Of a DNA stretch of 40,486 nucleotides, positions 8,049 through 22,448 are shown piece by piece. Every line of letters starts with the position of its first letter. Position 1 is the first letter of the stretch. A program made the position numbers and the translations under genes. The notes beneath the pieces were generated by a model. It searched no databases. It was not told the DNA's origin and saw only the letters and a program-made list of their open reading frames with translations. The DNA is from Chiloscyllium plagiosum (Eukaryota), in the NCBI RefSeq assembly GCF_004010195.1, contig NW_025215363.1, forward strand, positions 63,113 to 103,598, given 5' to 3'.

Positions 8049-11000
8049 CAGATATTGGAGGCTGTTACTCCGGGGCAACAGGAGGAGAGCAATCAGCTAC
8101 GGGAGTCTGCTACTGCGGGGCAGAAGCAGGAGAGCACACAGAAATTGGAGCTTGTTACTCAGGAACAGCAAGAGGAGAGCACACAGCTACTGGAGCCTGC
8201 TACTCCGAGTCAGGAGGAGGAGAGTACACAGATATTGGAGTCTGTTACTGAGAGACAGCAGGAGGAGAACACAGAGCTATTGGAGCCTTTTACTTAGGAG
8301 CAGCAGGAGGTGAGCACACAACTATTGGAGCCGGTTACTCAGGGGCAGGAAGACAGCACACAGGTATTGAAGCCTGTTTCTCAGGACCAACAAGAGGACA
8401 ACACCAAGCTATGTGGTCTAGTTATTCAGGAGCAGCTGGACGTTAGTACGCAACTATTGTAGCTGTTACTCAGGAGCAGAAGGAGGAGATCAAACAGCTG
8501 TTAGAGCCTGTTACTCAGAAGTAGCAGCAGGAGATCACACAGGAATTGGAGCCTGTTAATCAGGGGCAGCAGGAGAGCATGCAGATATTGGAGCCTGGCG
8601 CTCAGGAGCAGCAGGAGGAGAGCACACATCTTTTCGAGCTTGTTACTCAGAATCTGCAGGAGGAGAGCACACAACTATTGGAGCCGGTTACTCAGGGGCA
8701 GGAAGACAACACACAGGTATTGAAGCCTGTTTCTCAGGGCCAACAAGAGGAGAACACCAAGCTATGTGATCTAGTTATTCAGGAGCAGCTGGAGGTTAGT
8801 ACGCAACTATTGGAGCTGGAACTCAGGAGCAGAAGGAGGAGATCAAACAGTTGTTAGAGCCTGTTACTCAGAAGCAGCAGCAGGAGATCACACAGGAATT
8901 GGAGCCTGTTACTCAGCAGTAGCAAGAGGAGATAACATAGGTATTGGAGACTGTTATGAAGAGCAGCAGCAGGAGTGCACAAATATATTCGAGCCAGTTA
9001 CTCAGGGGCAGGAAGAGAGCACACAGTTATTGGAGCCTTTTTTCTCAGGGGCAGGAGGAGGAGAGCACACAGCTATTGGAGTGTGGTACTGAGGGGCAGC
9101 AGGAGAGCACTCAGCTATAGGATCTTGTTACTCAGGAGAAGCTGGAAGTGAGCACACAACTATTGGAGCCTCTTACTCAGGAGCAGCAGGAAGAGAGATC
9201 ACAGCTATTGGAGGCTGTTACTCAGCGGCAGGATGAGAGCACACAGCTATTGGAGTGTGTTACTCAGCAGCAATAGAAGGAGAGTACACAGTTATTGGAG
9301 CTTGTTACTCAGCAGCAGCAGCAGCGAGTGAGCACACTATTATTGGAACCTGTTACTCAGGGGCAGGAAGAGTGCACACAACCATTGGAACGTGTTACTC
9401 CGGGGTAACAGGAGGAAAGCACAATTATTGGAGCCTTTTTCTACGGGGCTCTAAGAGGAGAACACACAGCTACTGCAGCCTGTTAATCAGGAGCAGCAGG
9501 GGGTGTGCACACACGTATTGGAGCCTGTTATTCAGGAACAGCAGAAGAAGAGCACACATCTATTGGGGATTGTCACTCAGGGACAACAAGAGGAGAATAC
9601 ACAGCCATTGGAGCCTGTTATTCAGAGGCAGGAGGAGAAGAGCATACAGGTAGTTGTGCCTGTTGCTCAGGAGCAAAAATAGAGCACACACATATTGGAG
9701 GCTGTTACTCCGGGGCAACAGGAGGAGAGCATATAACTATTGGAGCCTGTTACTCAGGAGCAGGAAGAGGACATGCAAACATTGTAGCTGGTTACTCCGA
9801 TGCAACAGGAGGAGGGCACACAGCTATAAGAGCTTATTACTATGGGGCAACAGGATGAAAGGTACAGCTATAGGAGACTGTTACGCAGGAAGAGCAGAAG
9901 GTGAACGCAAAGCTATTGGAGCCAGTTATACAGGAGCAGCAGCAGGAGAGCACACAGCTGTTGGAGCTTTTTACTATGGGGCAACAGGAGGAGAGCACAC
10001 AGCTAATGCAATCTGTTAATCAGGGGCAGCAGGAGTTGAACACACAATTGGAGCCTGTTAGTCAAGAACAGCAGAAGGAGAGCACACATCTATTGGCGAC
10101 TCTCACTCATGGACATCAGGAGGAGAGTACACATATATTTGAGCCTGTTACTTAGGGGCAACAGGAGGAGAACACACAGGTATTCGAGCCTGTCACTCAG
10201 AGGCAAGAGGAGGAGAGCATACAGATATTCGTGTCTGTTGCTCAGGAGCAAAAAAAGTGCACACAGATATTGGAGCCTACTTCTCCGGGGCCACAGGAGG
10301 AGAGCAGCACAGCTTTAGGAGCCTGCTACTCAAGGGCAAAAGAAGGAGAGCACACAGGTATTGGAGCATTTTACTCAGGGGCAGCAGGAGAGCACACAGT
10401 CATTGGAGCTTGTTATTCCGGGGCAACTGGAGGAGAGCACACATTTATAGGAACCTATTGCTCAGGAGGAGCAGCAGGAGAGCACACAGCTATTGGAGTC
10501 TTTTATGAGGCAACAGGAGGAGAGCACACAGCTATTTAAGCCTGTTAAACAGGAGCTAGCACGAGGTGAACGCATAACTATTAGAGCCTGTTACTCAGGA
10601 ATAGCAGCAGGAGAGCACATATATATTGGAGACGGTCACTCAATGAGCAGCAGGAGGAGAGTACTCATATATTGGCGCCTGTTACTCAGGGGCAACAGGA
10701 GGACAACACACAGCTATTGGAACCTGTTACACAGAGGCAACACGAGGAGAGAACATAGCCATTGGATCCTGTTACTCAGCAGCAGCAGGAGTTGAGCACA
10801 CAACAATTGGAGCCTGCTACTCATGGGCAGATAGACAGTGCACAGCTTTGGAGCCAGTTACTGCAAGGCAACAGGAGGACAGCATGCAACTATTTAAGCA
10901 TGTAACTCAGGGGCAACAGGAGGAGAGCACACAAGTATTGGAGCCTGTTACTCAGGAGCCGCAGGAAGTGAGCACACATAAATTTGAGCCTGTTACTCAG

Positions 11001-11059
11001 GAGCAGCAGCAGGAGAGCACACAGCTATTGTAGCCTGTTACTCGGCAGCAACAGGAGGA

Positions 11060-12165
11060 GACAGCACAGCTATTGTATCCTGTTACTCAGGAGCAGGAGG
11101 AGGACAGCACACATCTGTTGAAGCCTATGACTCAGCAGCAGGAGGGGGAGGACATGATCTATGGGAGCCTGTTATTCAGGAGAAGAAGAAGAGCACCCAG
11201 TTATTGGGCATTTTCACTTACTGGCAGCAGGAAAGCACACATCTATTGGAGCCTGTTACTCATGAGCAGCAGGAGGAGAGCAAACAGCTTTTGGAACCTG
11301 TTACTCAGGAGCAGCAGGAGAGCACACAGGTATTAGAGCCTGTTACTCAGGGACAACAGGAAGAGAGAACACAGCTATTGGAGCCTGTTCATCAGGAGCA
11401 GCAGATGAGCCCACACTTATAGGAACCTGTTACTGAGGAGCAGCCGGTGGAGAACATATAGATATTGGAGCCTGCAACACTGTGGCTGCAGGAGAGCACA
11501 CAGCTATTGGAGCCTGTTACTCATAGCTATTTGCACCTGTTACTTATGGGCAGCAGGGCAGCATGCAGATATAGGCACCGGGTTACTCGGGGCAGAGGGA
11601 GGAGAGCACAGCTATTGTATCCTGTTACTCAGGAGCAGGAGGAGGACAGCACACATCTGTTGAAGCCTATGACTCAGCAGCAGGAGGGGGAGGACACGAT
11701 CTATGGGAGCCTGTTATTCAGGAGAAGAAGAAGAGCACCCAGTTATTGGGCATTTTCACTTACTGGCAGCAGGAAAGCACACATCTATTGGAGCCTGTTA
11801 CTCATGAGCAGCAGGAGGAGAGCAAACAGCTTTTGGAACCTGTTACTCAGGAGCAGCAGGAGAGCACACAGGTATTAGAGCCTGTTACTCAGGGACAACA
11901 GGAAGAGAGAACACAGCTATTGGAGCCTGTTACTCAGGAGCAGCAGATGAGCCCACACTTATAGGAACCTGTTACTGAGGAGCAGCCGGTGGAGGACATA
12001 CAGATATTGGAGCCTGCAAAACTGTGGCTGCAGGAGAGCACACAGCTATTGGAGCCTGTTACTCATGCACAGCAGGAGAGCGCACAGCTATTTGCACCTG
12101 TTACTTATGGGCAGCAGGGCAGCATGCAGATATAGGCACCGGGTTACTCGGGGCAGAGGGAGGAG
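11060..12165 (+). repeat. Near-identical 542-bp higher-order tandem duplication, ending at an N-gap
   Basis: ORFs at 11204 and 11746 are almost identical and offset by 542 bp. Shared diagnostic: gatgagcccacacttataggaacc. Confidence 0.9.
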
Positions 12166-12463
12166 NNNNNNNNNNNNNNNNNNNNNNNNNNNNNNNNNNN
12201 NNNNNNNNNNNNNNNNNNNNNNNNNNNNNNNNNNNNNNNNNNNNNNNNNNNNNNNNNNNNNNNNNNNNNNNNNNNNNNNNNNNNNNNNNNNNNNNNNNNN
12301 NNNNNNNNNNNNNNNNNNNNNNNNNNNNNNNNNNNNNNNNNNNNNNNNNNNNNNNNNNNNNNNNNNNNNNNNNNNNNNNNNNNNNNNNNNNNNNNNNNNN
12401 NNNNNNNNNNNNNNNNNNNNNNNNNNNNNNNNNNNNNNNNNNNNNNNNNNNNNNNNNNNNNNN
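12166..12463. other. Assembly gap (N run)
   Basis: Run of N. Confidence 1.
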
Positions 12464-15400
12464 AGAGCCTGTTACTCAGGGACAACAGAAGGACAGTACA
12501 CTGCTATTGGTGCCTGCTACAAACTGGCAGCAGGAGAGAACACAGCCTGTTACTCATGGGGAGCAGGAGAGCGTGCAGCTAGTGGAGCCTGTTACTGAGG
12601 AGGTGGAGGAGGAGGACAGCACACATCTGTTGAAGCCTGTGACTCAGCAGCAGGAGAAGAGTACACAGCTATTGGAGTCTGTTTCACAGCAGCAGCTGGA
12701 AGTGGGCATGCATTTATGGGAGCCTGTTATTCAGGGGAAGGAGGACAGCACGCAGTTATTGGACACTTTTACTCAGCACCTGCATGAGAGCACACTTCTA
12801 TTGGAGCCTGTTACTGGGGAGTAGCAGAAGGAGAGCAAACAACTCTCAGTTACTCAAGAACAACATGAAAACAGAACATCGTCATTGGAGCTTGTTACAA
12901 AGTGGTAGCAGGAGAGCACACAGCTATTGGAGCATCTTACACATGGGCAGCAGGAGAGCATGCAGTTATTGGTGCCTGTTACTCAGGGGCATCAGGAGGA
13001 GAGCACAAAGCTTTTGGAGCCTGTTACTCAGCGGCAGGAGGAGGAGAGCACACAGGTATTCGAGCCTGTTCAGGAGCAAAAAGAGAGCACTCAGATATTG
13101 GGGCATGTTACTCAGGGGCAGGAGGAGAGCAAAAGTCTGTTGTAGGCTGTGACTCGGGGGCAGGAAGAGAGCACACAACCATTGGAGCCTGTTACTCAGC
13201 TGCAGCATCAGGAGGAGGGCACACATCCATGGGAGCCTACACTCTGGGGAAGTAGGAGAACACTCAGTTATTGGAACTTTTTACTTAGCAGCAGCAGCAG
13301 GAAAGCACACAGATTTTGCACCCTACTATTCAGGAGCAGGAGGAGAGCACTCCGCTATTGGAGCCTGTTGCTGAGGAGCAGCAGGAGGGGGGCACACAGA
13401 TATTAGAGCCTGTTACACTGTGGCTGCAGGAGAGGACAAACCTATTGGAGCCCGTTACTCATGGGCAGCAGGAGAGCGCACAGCTATTGGAACCTCTTAC
13501 TCTTGGGCAGCAGGAGAGCATGCAGATATTGGCAGCTGTTACTCAGGGGCAGTAGGAGGAGAGCACACAGTTTTTGGAGCCTGTTACGCAGGGACAGCTG
13601 TGGAGCATGCAGATGTTGGTGCCGATTATGCAGGGGCACTAGGAGGAGAGCACACAGGTCTTGGACTCTGTTACTCAAGAGAAGCAGGAGGGGAGCACAC
13701 AGCTATCTGAGCCTGTCACGAAGCCGCAAGAGGAGGAGAACACAAAGGTATTGGAGCTTATTGCTCAGAAGCAGCAGGAGAGCACACATCTATTACAGCC
13801 TGTTACTCAGAGCAGCAGGGGAACGGCACACTGCTGCTGGAGTCCGGAGCTCAGGGGCAAAAGCAGAGCTAATGGAGTCTTTTACTACGGTTAGCAGGAG
13901 GAGATCATGCAGATGTTGGAGCCTGTTACCAAGGAGCATCAGGAGGTGAGTACACAACTATTGGAGCCTGTTACTCAGGAACAGCAGCGGGAAGGCACAC
14001 AGTTTGGAGTTTGTTACTGAAGGGCAACAGGAAGAGAGTGCAGAGGCATTGGAGCTTGTTACTCAGGAGGATGAGGAGAGCACACAGCTATTGCATCCTG
14101 TTATTCAGGAGCAGCAGCAGCAGACCAAAGAGCTATTGGAGCCTGTTACGCAGGAGCAGGAGGAGTAGAGCACATGCCTATTGGAGCCTGTGTGTCAGCG
14201 GCAGGAAGAGTGCACGCAGCTATTGGAGCATGTCATTCAGAAGCAGCTGGAGGAGGGCACGTAGCAATGGGAGCCTGTTACTCAGGATGAGGAGGAGAGC
14301 ACACAACTCTCAGATCCTGTTACTCGGACAGCAGGAGTAGAGTACACTGCTATTGGTGCCTCTTGCAAACTGGCAGCAGGAGGGTAACAGATATTGGAGT
14401 CTCTTACTCATGGGCAGCAGGAGAGCATGCAGTTCTTGGTGCCTGTTACTCAGAGGCATCAGGAGTTGAGCATGCAGCTATTAGAGCCTGTTACTCAGGA
14501 GAGGCAGGAGAAGAGCACACAACGATTGGAGCCTGTTATTCATGGGCAGCAGGAAGTTATTGGAGCATGTTGCTCAGCGGCAGGAGGAGGAGAACATGCA
14601 GGAATTGGAGTCTGTTACTCAGGGGAAGCAGGAGGAGATCACACGGCTATTCAAGCCTGTTATTCAGTGCAGCAGGAGGACAGCATACAGCTGTTCGAGC
14701 TCGGTAGTCGTGGCAACAGGAGAGCATGCAGCTTTTGGGGCCCGTTACTCTGTTTAGGAGGAGGAGAGCATGCAGCTCTTGGAGGGACAGGAGGAGAGCA
14801 CACAGTATTGGAGCCTGTTACTGAGGAGCAGGAAGAGGAGCGCACACATCTATTGTAATGTTACTCAGCAGCAGCAGTAGCTGAACACACACTTATTGGA
14901 GCCTGTTACTCAGGGGCAGCAGGAGGACAGCGCACAGCTATTCGATCCTGTTACTCAGGAGCAGCAGCAGAAGAGCACACGGCTCGTGGAGCCTGTTACC
15001 CAGGATCAGGAGGGCAGCACATATCTGTTGGAGCCTGTGACTCAGTGGAAGGAGGAGAGTACACAGATATTGGAGCCTGTTATTCAGCATAAGCTGGAGA
15101 AGGGCACGCAGCTATGGGAGTCTGTTACTCAGGAGCAGAAGGGGAACACACATTTTTTTACCGCCTGTTACTCAGCGCCAACAGGAGGAGAATGTTCAGC
15201 TATTGTAGCCTGTTACAAAGTGGCAACAAGAGAGCACGCAGCTATTGCAGCCTCTTACTCATGGGCAGCAGGAGACCATGCAGCTATTGGAGCCTTTTAC
15301 TTAGAGGCAGCACGTAGAGAGCAGACAGCGATTGGAGCCTGTTTCTCAGGAGTGGCAGGAGGCGAGCACACAGCTAGTGGAGCCGGTTACTCAGTGGCAG

Positions 15401-18400
15401 CTGCAGGAGAGCACACAGCCATTAGAGCCTGTTACTCATGGACAGCAGGAAGAGAGCACACAGATATTGGAGCCTGTTATTCAGTGTAGCAGGAGGAGAT
15501 CGCACAGTTATTGGAGCCTGTTACTCAGCAGCCACAGGAGGAGAGCACACAGCTGTCGGAACCTGCTTCTTAGGGGCATCAGAAGAGCACACAGGTATTG
15601 AAGACTGTTACTCAGGAGAAGGAGGAGGAGAGCACACACCAGTTGGGTCCTGTCACTCAGGGTCAGGAGGAGAGCATAAAGCTATTCGAGCCTGTTACTC
15701 AACGGCAGGAGGAGGAGAGAACACACTTATGGGAGCTGTCATTCAGGGACAGGAGGAGAGCACACAGTATTGGAGCCTGTTACTGAGGAGCAGGAGGAGG
15801 AGCGCACACATCTGTTGTCGCCTGTTACTCAGAGACAGGAGGAGAGCATACAGATATTGGAGCCTTTTAATCAGTAGCAGCAGGAGGGGAGAACACAACT
15901 ATAGGACACTTTTATTCAGCCGGAGCAGGAGAGCACACTTCCATTAGAGCCTGGTACTCCGGAGCAGCAAAAGGAAAGCTATCAGCTATTGGAGACTGTT
16001 ACTACGGAGCAGCAGGGGGAAACACAGATATTGGAGCCTTTGACTCATGGGCAGAAGGTGAGCACACAGCCTTGCAGCCCGTTAATCAGCAGCAGCTGGA
16101 GGCGAGAACACAGCTACGGGAGGCTGTCACTCAGGGACACCAGGAAAGCACACATATATTGGAGCCTGTTACTCAGGAGCAGCTGGAGGACATACACAGC
16201 TATTGGACACTGTGACTCAGTAGGTGGAGGAGGAGAGCACACAGCTATTGGAACATGTTTCTCAGGAGCAGCAGGAGGATATTGCACAGCAAATGGAGCC
16301 TGGTACCCAGGGGGAACAGGAGGAAAGCACACATTTATTGGAGACTGTTACTCAGGAGCAGCTGGAGGACAGTAGACAGCTATTGGACACTGTGACTTAG
16401 CAGCTGGAGGAGGACAGCACATAGCGATTAGAGCCTGTTATTCATGGGCAGCAGGAGAGCATGAAAGTATTGGTGGCTGTTACTCAGGGGCAACAGGTGT
16501 GGATCACACAGCTATTAGAATCTGTTGCTCCGGAGAAGCAGGAAGACTGCAAAGAGCTATAGGAGCCTTTTACTCATGAGCATCAGGAGAGCGCAAACTT
16601 ATTGGAGCCTGTTGCTCAGGGGCAGCAGGAGAGCACACACCTATTGCAGCCTGTTACTCCGGGGCCGCAGGAGGAGAGCACACTTCCATTAGAGCCTGTT
16701 ACTCAGAAGCAGCAAAAGGAAAGCTACCAGCTATTGGAGACTGTTACTACGGAGCAGCAGGAGAGCACACAGAAATTAGAGCCTGTGATTAATGGGCTGG
16801 AGGTGAGCATACAGCTTTTGCAACCTGTTAGTCAGCAGCAGCTGGAGGCGAAAACACTGCTACGGGAGCCTGTCACTCAGGGACACGAGGACAGCACACA
16901 GTTGTTGTAACATGTTTCTCAGGAGCAGCAGGAGAATATTGCACAGCAATTGGAGCCTGGTACTCAGGGGGAACAGGAGGAAAGCACACAGGTATTGGAG
17001 CCTGTTACTCAGGAGCAGCTGGAGGACAGTGGATAGCTATTGGACACTGTGACTCAGCAGTGGAACAGGAGAGCACAAAGATATTGCAGCGTGTTATTCA
17101 TGGGCATCAGGAGAGTCCAAAGCTATTGGACCCTATTACTCATGGGCATCAGGAGAGCATACAGCTATTGGAGCCTGTTACTCAGGGGGAGCAGGAAGCG
17201 AGCACATGGCTATTGGGGCCATTTACTCCAGGCTGGCAGGAGGACAGCACACAGCTATTGCACCGTGTACTTAGGGTCACCAGCACAGCATGCAGCTACT
17301 GGAGCCTGTTACTCAGGGTGACAGGAAAATAACATGTAGCGATTTGACCCTCTTTCTAAGGAGCAGCAGGAGGAGAGCGCACAGCTATTGTAGCCTGTTA
17401 CTCAGTGTCAGCAGGGGAGAACAAATTTATTGGATTCTGTTACTCCGGGGCAACGGGAGGAAAGCATGCAGCTATTGGAGCCTCTTACACAGGAGCAGCA
17501 GGAGGAGAGCACACAATTATTGGAGCCTGTTACTTAGGAGCAACAGCAGCAGAACACATTGGTATTAGAGCTTGTTACTCAGGTTCTGGAGGAGAGCACA
17601 CAGCTTTTGGAACATATTTACTCAGGAGCAGCAGCATGAGAGCAGTCAGCTTCTGCAGGCTGTTACTGAGGATGCGCTGTCGGAGAGCACACAGATATCG
17701 GAACCTATTACTGAGGGGCAGCATGTAAGAACACAGCGAATGGAGTCTGTGACTCAGGGGCAGGAAGTGAGATAACAGCTATTGCAGCCTGTTACTCAGC
17801 AGCAGCAGGATGGTAGTACACAGATTAAAGAGCCTGTTACTCAGAGGCAGCAGGATAGCACACAACTATTACAGCCTGTTACTCTGGGGCAACAGGAGGA
17901 GATCACACAACTATTGGAGTCTCTTACACAGGAGTTGCAGGAGGAGAAAACACAACTATTGGAGACTATTCGTCACGACCAACAGGTGGAGAGTACTCAG
18001 CTTTTGGAGATCGTTACTCACGTGCAGGAGGAGAGCATACTGATTTTGGAACCTGTATCTCGGGAGCAGCTGGACGTGAGCAGACAAGTATTGGAGCCTG
18101 TTACTCAGGGGTAGCCGGAGGCGAGCACACTGCTATTGGAGCCATTTTCTGCATGCAGCAGGACAGCACACAGCTATTGTACCTTGTACTCAGGGTAAAC
18201 AGCAGAGCATGCAGCTACTGGAACCTGTTCCTCAGGAGATGCAGCAGGAGAGCACACACCTGTTGCAGCCTGTTACTCAGGGGCCGGAGGAGGACAGCAC
18301 GCACCTATTAGATCCTGTGACTCTGGTTAAGTCGGAGAGCACACATCTATGGGAGCCTTTTATTCAGAATCAAAAGGACAGAACACAGCTATTGGACACC

Positions 18401-19199
18401 ATTACTGAGCAGCAACAGGAGAGCACACTGCTTTTGGAGACTGTTACTCAGGAGCAAAGGAAAGCTAACAGCTTTTGGAGCCTGTTGCTATGCAGCAGCA
18501 GGAGAGCACACAGCTGATAGAGCCGGTTACTCAGAGACAACGGAAGGAGAGCACACAGCTATTGTAGCCTGTTACTCAGTGTCCATGGGTGGCGCACATC
18601 TAATAAATTCTGTTACTCTGGGACAATAGGAAGGGAGCATGCAACTATTGGAGCATCTTACACAGGAGCAGCAGGAGGAGAGCACACAGCGATTGGAGCC
18701 TGTTAATCAGGAGCAACAGCAGGAGGACACACAGCTATTGGAAATTGTTACTCAGGTGCAGGATGAGAGCACACAACTTCTGGAAGCTGTTACTCAGGAT
18801 GAGCAGTCAGAGAGCCCGCAGCTATTGGCGCCTGTTACTGAGGAGCAGCAGGAGTAGAGCACACAGATATCGGAAACTGTTACTGAGGGTCAGCAGGAAA
18901 GAACACAGCTATTGGAGCCTTTGACTCAGGGGCAGGAAGTGAGCACACAGCTATGCGAGCCTGTTACTCAGGGGCAGAAGGAGAGCACACTGCTACTGCA
19001 GGCTTTTGCTCCGGGGCAACAGGAGGAAAATATACAACTGTTGGAGCCTCTCAAACAGGAAATGCAGGAGAAGAGCGCACAGATATTTAAACCTGTTACT
19101 CAGGAGCAACAGGAGGAAAGTACTCAGCTACTGGAGCCTATTATTCCCGTCCAGGAGGAGAGCACAGGCTTTTGGAACCTGTTACTCAGGGGTAGGAAG

Positions 19200-20522
19200 T
19201 GACCAAACAACTATTGAAGTCTGTTAGTCAGCAGCAGCTGTACACAAGAACACATGTGTGGGAACGTGTTACTCAGGGGCAATAGGAGAGCACACAGCTA
19301 TTGAAGACTGTGACTGAGCGACAGGAGGTGGAAAGCATACAGCTATTGAAACCTGTTACTCAGGAGTAGCATGAGAGCACACAATTATTGAAACCTGCTA
19401 CTCATGGGCAGCAGGAGGAGGGCACACATCTTTTGGAGCCTTTCACTCAGGAGCAGCAGAAGGAGAGCACAATAATATTTAAGCCTGTTACTCAAGGGCA
19501 GCAGGAGAAGAGCACACAGCTAACGGAGCCATTTACTCAGGGTCAGCAGGGTGACAGCACACAGCTATTGTAGCCCGGTACTCACGGGCAACAGCAGAGC
19601 ATGCAGCTATTGGAGCCTGTTACTCAGCTGCAGCAGGAGAACACACTCCTATTGGTGCCTGTTACTCAGGGGCAACAGGAGGAGAGCACACAGCTCTTGG
19701 AGTCTGTTACTCGGAGCAGCAGGAGGGCAGTGCACAGCTCGTGGAACGTGGTACTCAGGGGAAGCAGTGGAGAATGCAATTATTGGAGCCTGTTACTCAG
19801 TGTAGCAGGAGGAGATCGCACAAGTGTTGGAGTCTGTCACTCATGAGCAGAGGAGAGCACAGACCAAACAACTATTGAAGTCTGTTAGTCAGCAGCAGCT
19901 GTACACAAGAACACATGTGTGGGAGCGTGTTACTCAGGGGCAGTAGGAGAGCACACAGCTATTGAAGACTGTTACTGAGCGACAGGAGGTGGAGAGCATA
20001 CAGCTATTGAAACCTGTTACTCAGGAGTAGCATGAGAGCACACAATTATTGAAACCTGCTACTCAGGGGCAGCAGGAGGAGGGCACACATCTTTTGGAGC
20101 CTTTCACTCAGGAGCAGCAGAAGGAGAGCACAATAATATTTAAGCCTGTTACTCAAGGGCAGCAGGAGAAGAGCACACAGCTAACGGAGCGATTTACTCA
20201 GGGTCAGCAGGGTGACAGCACACAGCTATTGTAGCCCGGTACTCAGGGGCAACAGCAGAGCATGCAGCTATTGGAACCTGTTACTCAGCAGCAGCAGGAG
20301 AACACACTCCTATTGGTGCCTGTTACTCAGGGGCAACAGGAGGAGAGCACACAGCTCTTGGAGTCTGTTACTCGGAGCAGCAGGAGGGCAGTGCACAGCT
20401 CGTGGAACGTGGTACTCAGGGGAAGCAGTGGAGAATGCAATTATTGGAGCCTGTTACTCAGTGTAGCAGGAGGAGATCGCACAAGTGTTGGAGTCTGTCA
20501 CTCATGAGCAGAGGAGAGCACA
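19200..20522 (+). repeat. Near-identical 661-bp higher-order tandem duplication
   Basis: gaccaaacaactattgaagtctgttagtc occurs at 19201 and 19862. ORF pairs 19388/20049 and 19601/20262 are offset by 661. Confidence 0.92.
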
Positions 20523-22448
20523 CAGGTATTGGAGCCGGTTAATCAGGAGCAAGAGTCAGAGAACAGACAGATCTTGAAGGCTGTGACCCAGGGACAGGAG
20601 GAGAGAATACTACTATTAGAGCCTGTGAGTCAGCAGCAGCAGCAGAAGAGCACATATTTATTGAAGCCTGTTACTCAGGAGGAGCAGGAGGAGTGCATAC
20701 AGCTAATGGAGCCTGATATTCATGGAAGCAGGAGAGCACACATCCGTTAGAGCCTATTACTCAAGCACAACAGGAGGAGAGTACACAGCTATTGGAGCCT
20801 GTTACACAGTGGGAGCAGGAGATCACACAGCCATTAGAGCCTGTTGCTCAGGCAGCAAGACCAGAGCACACAGCTAATGGGTTAGTACTCAGTACGAGCA
20901 GGAGAGCATGGTGCTATTGGAGCCTGTTACTCAGAGCAGCAGGAGGCAAGCACACAGCTATTGGAGCCTGTTACTCAGGGGCAGTAGGAGTCGAGTACAC
21001 AGCCAATGGACACTGCAACCCAGGACTTGGAGAAGGAGAGCACACAGCTATAGGAGCTTTTTACTCTTGGGAGCAGGAGAGCACACAGCTATAGGAGCCT
21101 GTTACTTATGGGCAGCAGGAGAACATGCAGCTATTGGAGCCTGTTACTCAGGGGCAGCAGGAGGACAGCGCACAGCTATTTGATCCTGTTACTCAGGAGC
21201 AGCAGCAGAAGAGCACACGGCTCGTGGAGCCTGTTACCCAGGATCAGGAGGACAGCACATATCTGTTGGAGCCTGTGACTCAGTGGAAGGAGGAGAGTAC
21301 ACAAGTATTGGAGCCTGTTACTCAGCATAAGCTGGAGAAGGGCACACAGCCATTGGAGTCTGCTACTCAGGAGCAGCAGGGGAACATACAGTTTTTACAG
21401 CCTGTTACTCAGCGCCAACAGGAGGAGAATGTTCAGCTATTGTGGCCTGTTACAAAGTGGCAGCAAGAGAGCACGCAGCTACTGCAGCCTCTTACTCATG
21501 GCAGCAGGAGACCATGCAGCTATTGGAGCCGTTTACGTAGGGGCAGCACGTGGACAGCAGACAGCGATTGGAGCTTGTTTCTCAGGAGTGGCAGGAGGTG
21601 AGCACACAGCTAGTGGAGCCTTGAATTCAGGGGCATCAGGAGAGAGCATGCAATTTTCGGATCCTGTTACTCAGTGCAGCAGTTGGAGTATACAGAGCTA
21701 TTGGAGTCAGTTACTCAGGAGCAGGAGGAAAGCACACCGCTATTGGATCCTGTTACTCAGTGGCAGCAGGAGAGCACACAGCTATTAGTGATTGTTACCC
21801 CGGGTCAACAGGAGGAGAGCACAGAACTAATGGAGCCTGTTAGACAGGAGCAGCAGGTGGAGAACACGCAAAAATTGGAACCTGTTACTCAGGAGCAACC
21901 AGAGGAGAGGACCCAGCTATTGGATGTTGTTACTCAGGAGCAGGAGGAAAGCACACAGCGATTGGATCCTGTTAATCTGGAACAGCAGGAAGAGGGCACA
22001 CAGCTATTGGAGCCTGTTACACAGGAGCAGCAGGAGGAGAGCACACAGCTATTGGAGCCGGTCACTCAGGGGAGCAGGAGGGGAGCACACAGTTTATCAG
22101 AGCCTGTTACTCCGGAGCTGCAGAAGGAGAGCACACAGCTATTGGAACCGGTCACTCAGGGGCAGCAAGAGGAGAGCACACAACTATTGGAGCGTGTGAC
22201 TTGGGAGTAGAGGCTGTAGTGCGCACAGTTCTTGGAGCTTGTTACTCAGTGGAAGCAGGAGACCACACAGCTGTTGGAGCCTATTAATCAGGGACAAAGG
22301 GAGGAGTGTACACGGCTGTTGAAGATTGTTACTCAGTGGCGCTGCAGCAGAGCACACAGCTGCGAAGCCTGGCACTCAGGGGCAGCAGGAATAAAGCAAA
22401 CAGCTATTGGAGGCTGTTACTCAGGAGCTGGAGGAGGACTGTACATGG

